From NCBI GenBank assembly GCA_963790025.1, contig CAWBMP010000002.1, positions 384,001 to 448,000 on the forward strand: 64,000 nucleotides of DNA, written 5' to 3'. Made by a program: the position numbers and the translations under genes. Each line of letters opens with the position of its first letter. Within the stretch, counting starts at the first letter, position 1. Shown one piece after another: positions 59,996-64,000 of this stretch. The notes under the pieces are model-generated. The model worked only from the letters and a program-made list of their open reading frames with translations, was not told where the DNA came from and searched no databases. The stretch comes from Nitrospirota bacterium. Lineage in GTDB: Bacteria; Nitrospirota; Thermodesulfovibrionia; Thermodesulfovibrionales; Dissulfurispiraceae.

Positions 59996-60196
59996 ATCTC
60001 TGATTCCCCCTTTCTCCCGGAAAAAAGTTTATTTTTTTATTATTTCAAGATCGGTATACACAATAACAAGAACGTGCTTATTTGTCAAGGAAAAAAAAGC
60101 AGTGTCAGAGTATCAGAGAGTCAGCGCAAAAAACAAAACTCCAAGACTTTCGCCTATAATCTTAGACACTAAATACTTTGACAATCCGACACTGCT

Positions 60197-62044
60197 TTAG
60201 TGCGCCTTCGCCCAGTTTTTTCCCCATCCGATCTCGACTTTCAGGGGGACTGAAAGATCAAGGGCAGATTCCATTCCGGTCGCGATTAACTCTCTGGTTT
60301 CATCTATCTCATCTTCCGGTACTTCAAAAAGAAGCTCGTCATGTATTTGCAAGAGCATTCTTGCTGAAAGATTTTTAGCTTTCAGTGCATCTGAAACCCG
60401 CACCATCGCTATCTTGATCAAATCGGCGGCAGTGCCCTGAATTGGGGTATTTATAGCAAGCCGGTCTGCCTGCTGCCTGGTCGCGGCATTTGTGCTAGCA
60501 ATTTCAGGCAACGGTCTTATTCTACCCAGAAGTGTTGTGACGAAGCCGTGCTGTTTTGCAGCATTTATTGTACGCTCCATATACCGTTTCACTCCGGCAT
60601 GTCTATTGAAATATTTTTCTATGAAGGCAGCTGCCTCTTTCGGCGCGATAGAGAGCGCTTCGGACAATCCATAGGAACTCATTCCATACGCAATGCCGAA
60701 ATTTACAACTTTGGCCGCCCTCCTCATATCGGCGGTAACAGCATGGAGATGTACTCCGAATATCTCTGAGGCGGTCCTGGCATGAACATCAATGTTATTT
60801 TTAAAAGCATCAATAAGGCTTTCGTCTTCGCTGATGTGCGCCAATATCCGCAATTCAACCTGGGAGTAGTCAGCTGAAACAAGCAAATATCCTTGGTCGG
60901 CAACAAAAATCTCTCTGATTTTAGTTCCCCACTCACCACGGATTGGAATATTCTGAAGATTGGGATCACTGCTGCTCAACCTGCCAGTTGAGGTAACGGT
61001 CTGGTTAAATGAAGTATGGATACGGCCTGTTCTTTCATTAATCAGTTCCGGGAGAGTGTCCGTATAGGTTGTTTTAAGCTTATAGAGCGTTCGGTAATTA
61101 AGGATTTCCCCGGGGAGATCGTGGGTCTTTGCCAGTTCCTCAAGTACGTCCATACCTGTAGAAAAGCCGGTTTTCGTTTTCTTGAGCGGTTTCATCCCGA
61201 GGTCCTCGAAAAGCACTTTGCAGAGCTGGCGCGGGGAGTTTATGTTAAAGGCGCTGCCGGCAAGAGTATATATTTTTGACTGGAGAGCCTCCAGCTCGCG
61301 TTCGAGTTCCTTTGATAATTCCTCGGTACGTTTTTTGTCGATTTTGATTCCGGCCTCTTCCATATCGGTCAGGATATAGATAAGGGGCATCTCGATGTCA
61401 AAGTAGAGGTGTTCGAGCCCTGCATCCTTCAGCTTGCCGAAAAGAATATCTTTCAGTTCCATTGCCAGTTCGGCATCTTCGGCAGCATACCGTGTGGCCT
61501 CCTCAACCGGGACCTCCGCAAAGGATTGCCTTTTACCCAAAACTTCGGCAAAGGGGCGTTTATTGTGCGCGAGGTGTTCACGCGCCACATCTTCGAGGCT
61601 GTGATCGGGTTTATTCGGGTTCAGCAGGTAGGAAGCCACCATGGTATCATAGAGCATCCCTTGCACGTGGATTCCCTCCTGTTTGAGTATAAGAATGTCA
61701 TATTTCAGATTATGTCCTACCTTCGCAATCGCAGGGTCCTCCAGCACCGGCTTTAAAATGACGACGGCCTCCGGGACATTATATGATCCGGAGTAACTGT
61801 CGGCGTGTCTCCCGGAGTGCCTGATAGGAACATAATATGATCTGCCTTTCTCCCTGCAGAGGGCGATCCCTACAATAGTATCACTCATCGGATCTCTGCC
61901 AGTTGCCTCTATGTCAAATGATAATTCTGAAATAGGGGCGGTCTTAGCCCTTTTGGCTTGCAAGCCCCTGCTTTTGGCGGATATACCTTCGACCTCGTGC
62001 TGCGAATCATGCACATTATCTCCAAAGAGCGGGTATTGTTTCAT
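60197..62044 (-). CDS. polA: DNA polymerase I, 3'-5' exonuclease plus polymerase part (split gene)
   Basis: FDIE, HNLKYD, YAAEDA, TGRLSS, DYSQVELR, QIHDEL; ATG 62044 overlaps the upstream TGA. Confidence 0.9.
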   Translation of the reverse strand: MKQYPLFGDNVHDSQHEVEGISAKSRGLQAKRAKTAPISELSFDIEATGRDPMSDTIVGIALCREKGRSYYVPIRHSGRHADSYSGSYNVPEAVVILKPVLEDPAIAKVGHNLKYDILILKQEGIHVQGMLYDTMVASYLLNPNKPDHSLEDVAREHLAHNKRPFAEVLGKRQSFAEVPVEEATRYAAEDAELAMELKDILFGKLKDAGLEHLYFDIEMPLIYILTDMEEAGIKIDKKRTEELSKELERELEALQSKIYTLAGSAFNINSPRQLCKVLFEDLGMKPLKKTKTGFSTGMDVLEELAKTHDLPGEILNYRTLYKLKTTYTDTLPELINERTGRIHTSFNQTVTSTGRLSSSDPNLQNIPIRGEWGTKIREIFVADQGYLLVSADYSQVELRILAHISEDESLIDAFKNNIDVHARTASEIFGVHLHAVTADMRRAAKVVNFGIAYGMSSYGLSEALSIAPKEAAAFIEKYFNRHAGVKRYMERTINAAKQHGFVTTLLGRIRPLPEIASTNAATRQQADRLAINTPIQGTAADLIKIAMVRVSDALKAKNLSARMLLQIHDELLFEVPEDEIDETRELIATGMESALDLSVPLKVEIGWGKNWAKAH

Positions 62045-62964
62045 GAGGCAAGCCCGAGAAATTCCTGGAGCTGTTCCCTGCTGATAATCGTTACATATTC
62101 TCCCCGCGGCGCATGACCTTGCGAGGGAACAAGCTTTATAAGGCTTTTGAATTCCAGTTCTGTAAACAGGGAAAGGAGCGCCGTCCAATCCGGCCCTTTG
62201 ATCATAAGATCGGGCAGATGGGCCTCAACAGGCAGGTCCATATCGATGGTTGCAAGCGACCGGCTCAGCCTGATTTGTTCGACGTTTTCCGTTATTAACT
62301 TTCTCAGGCGCTTGTTTTCGATTTTTTCGGGATGGTCCAGCAGGCTCTCCAGACCTCCCGCCTTCAAAAGAAGAACTTTGGCGGTCTTTTCCCCGATGCC
62401 TTTTACTCCCGGTATATTATCAACAGCATCGCCACCGAGTGCCATGATTTCGGCAATCTTTTCGGGAGGCATCTCAAAGCGATCTCTAATATATTTATCG
62501 TCAATAATTACTTCTTTCATAGGATCGTAAATCTTGATGAAACTATTAACTGCCTGCATCATGTCTTTATCACCGCTAACAATAAACACGCGGGCCTGCT
62601 GTACAGCGGCTTTCCTCGCAAGTGTGCAGATAACATCGTCCGCCTCATAGCCGGGCATTTCGAAAACTGGAATGTTAAAGGCCTTTATCACCTCCTTGAT
62701 CAGCGGGATCTGAATAATCAGATCGCCCGGCGTTTCGGGCCTCTTTGCCTTATAGTGTTCATAGAGCCTGTGGCGTTCAGTCGGTACCGGGGAATCAAAG
62801 ACTATTGCCAAAGCATCAGGTTTCTTCTCCCGAAGTATCTTCAGTACCATGGTAGTGAAACCGTAAACCGCGTTCGTCGGGATGCCTTTTGAGTTGGTAA
62901 GCTTTTTTATGGCATGGAAGGCCCTGTGAAAATAGGAGTTCCCGTCAATCAGGTAAAGGTCCAT
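62041..62964 (-). CDS. polA: DNA polymerase I, 5'-3' exonuclease part (split gene)
   Basis: LIDG, PTNAVYGF, YEADD, GDKD, DNIPGVKGIGEKTA. Confidence 0.9.
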   Translation of the reverse strand: MDLYLIDGNSYFHRAFHAIKKLTNSKGIPTNAVYGFTTMVLKILREKKPDALAIVFDSPVPTERHRLYEHYKAKRPETPGDLIIQIPLIKEVIKAFNIPVFEMPGYEADDVICTLARKAAVQQARVFIVSGDKDMMQAVNSFIKIYDPMKEVIIDDKYIRDRFEMPPEKIAEIMALGGDAVDNIPGVKGIGEKTAKVLLLKAGGLESLLDHPEKIENKRLRKLITENVEQIRLSRSLATIDMDLPVEAHLPDLMIKGPDWTALLSLFTELEFKSLIKLVPSQGHAPRGEYVTIISREQLQEFLGLAS

Positions 62965-63224
62965 CCCTGATTATAAGACGAGGTAGAGACAAAGGTAAAG
63001 GAAAAGAGTCAAAGAAACCTGGATGTTTATGAAACTTGTTTCCTGTGCCTTTACTCCACCTCTACCTATCCTTGTCTTTGCGGAAAGCTCGCGAATATGG
63101 TAGTATACCCGTGGTGATATTGCATTAGTTTTCCCCATAAATAAGGTCCTTATGGTTGCCGGCTATCCGGCCTGTCAGCGTTTTTAAATTTCAACCTACG
63201 TTGAGTAATTTTGAAGAGAGACTA

Positions 63225-64000
63225 ATGGCAAATAAATACTTTGCAGGTGTTGATATAGGCGGTACCAATATCAGGGCTGCCCTCTTCGATTCAGACGGCA
63301 AGGTAGTGACGAAATCAAAGGCGCCTACCAATAAAGACCCTATGCAGGTGCTCTTCGGATTGTTGGAAACAGTATGTGCGCCCAATGCCCGGGACGTTGC
63401 CGGCATAGGTATTGCTGTTGCTGGGCTGATCGACAGATCAAATGGTGTTGTCATGCGGTCGCCGAACATTCCGAAACTGAACGGTGTAAACCTGAAGTCT
63501 GAAATAGGGAACCTCTATAAGACCCGCATCGTTGTCGAAAACGATGCAAATGCCGCTGCTTATGGTGAAAAAATTTCAGGGGCTGGAAAAAATATCCGAA
63601 ACTTTGTTATGTTCACCCTGGGCACCGGCATCGGCGGCGGAATTGTTTTTCATGACAAACTCCTGGACGTTGCTGCCGAGATAGGCCATATGAGCATCAA
63701 TGCCGGAGGCCGGCAATGCCCCTGCGGCAATGTGGGTTGTTTAGAACTATATGCCTCTGCGACCGCGATTATAGGCAATACCGTTGAAGAGCTGGAAAAA
63801 GGCGGCAGCAGCATTCTCAGGGATTTCAACAATGGTAATTTCTACAAACTTATGGCCGAAGATATTTATAACGCTGCACTCGAAGGAGACCCCCTGGCGA
63901 GGAATGTTTTACGCGAGGCAGGCAAAAGCCTCGGCATAGGCATTGCAAATGTCATTAACATCATGGGCCCCGATGCTATAATCCTTACAGGAGGGCTTAT
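63225..64000 (+). CDS. ROK-family sugar kinase (glucokinase-like), partial
   Basis: DIGGT, ENDANAAA, LGTGIGGG, EIGH, CPCGNVGCLE; runs off window end. Confidence 0.92.
   Translation, partial: MANKYFAGVDIGGTNIRAALFDSDGKVVTKSKAPTNKDPMQVLFGLLETVCAPNARDVAGIGIAVAGLIDRSNGVVMRSPNIPKLNGVNLKSEIGNLYKTRIVVENDANAAAYGEKISGAGKNIRNFVMFTLGTGIGGGIVFHDKLLDVAAEIGHMSINAGGRQCPCGNVGCLELYASATAIIGNTVEELEKGGSSILRDFNNGNFYKLMAEDIYNAALEGDPLARNVLREAGKSLGIGIANVINIMGPDAIILTGGL

Noticed and set aside
62045..62188. N-terminal extension of the polymerase ORF given in the track
   Set aside because: It overlaps the 5' nuclease ORF out of frame and looks non-coding; ATG 62044 fits better.

Overview
64 kb of ordinary-looking bacterial chromosome. 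Gene style suggests an anaerobic Nitrospirota/delta-proteobacterium-like organism, but that is inference only. I found no rRNA, tRNA, CRISPR array or intact mobile element. The standout is a ~18 kb phosphate-related island (4.8-23 kb) next to pstSCAB-phoU. Eight promoter regions carry 4-5 copies of a (T)GTAAC/TTAAC-type hexamer at 11-bp spacing, the same Pho-box-like array seen at pstS. Seven lie in the island and one is upstream of serA. The island holds a ferrosome-like gene set (DUF5132-like GxxxG protein, three stand-alone 'H-x-x-P-G-R-x-R' HMA2-like proteins, a 22-aa-repeat amphipathic protein). That set is built around a P2A (Ca2+-type) ATPase rather than a P1B-6 ATPase, and the ATPase is coupled to a MetK paralogue whose methionine-binding residues are replaced. 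The island also has P-free lipid genes (olsB/olsA-like, GT21 glycosyltransferase, PHP esterase, GH1) and three of four copies of a small 4-Cys protein family. The rest is housekeeping and signalling: malQ, gltX, lgt, serA, two tandem tripartite ABC exporters, HD-GYP, SOD, hybrid kinase/HDOD, Na/Ca antiporter, USP, Csp, HU, a split polA and a partial ROK kinase. Several small ORFs missed by the ORF track are added.
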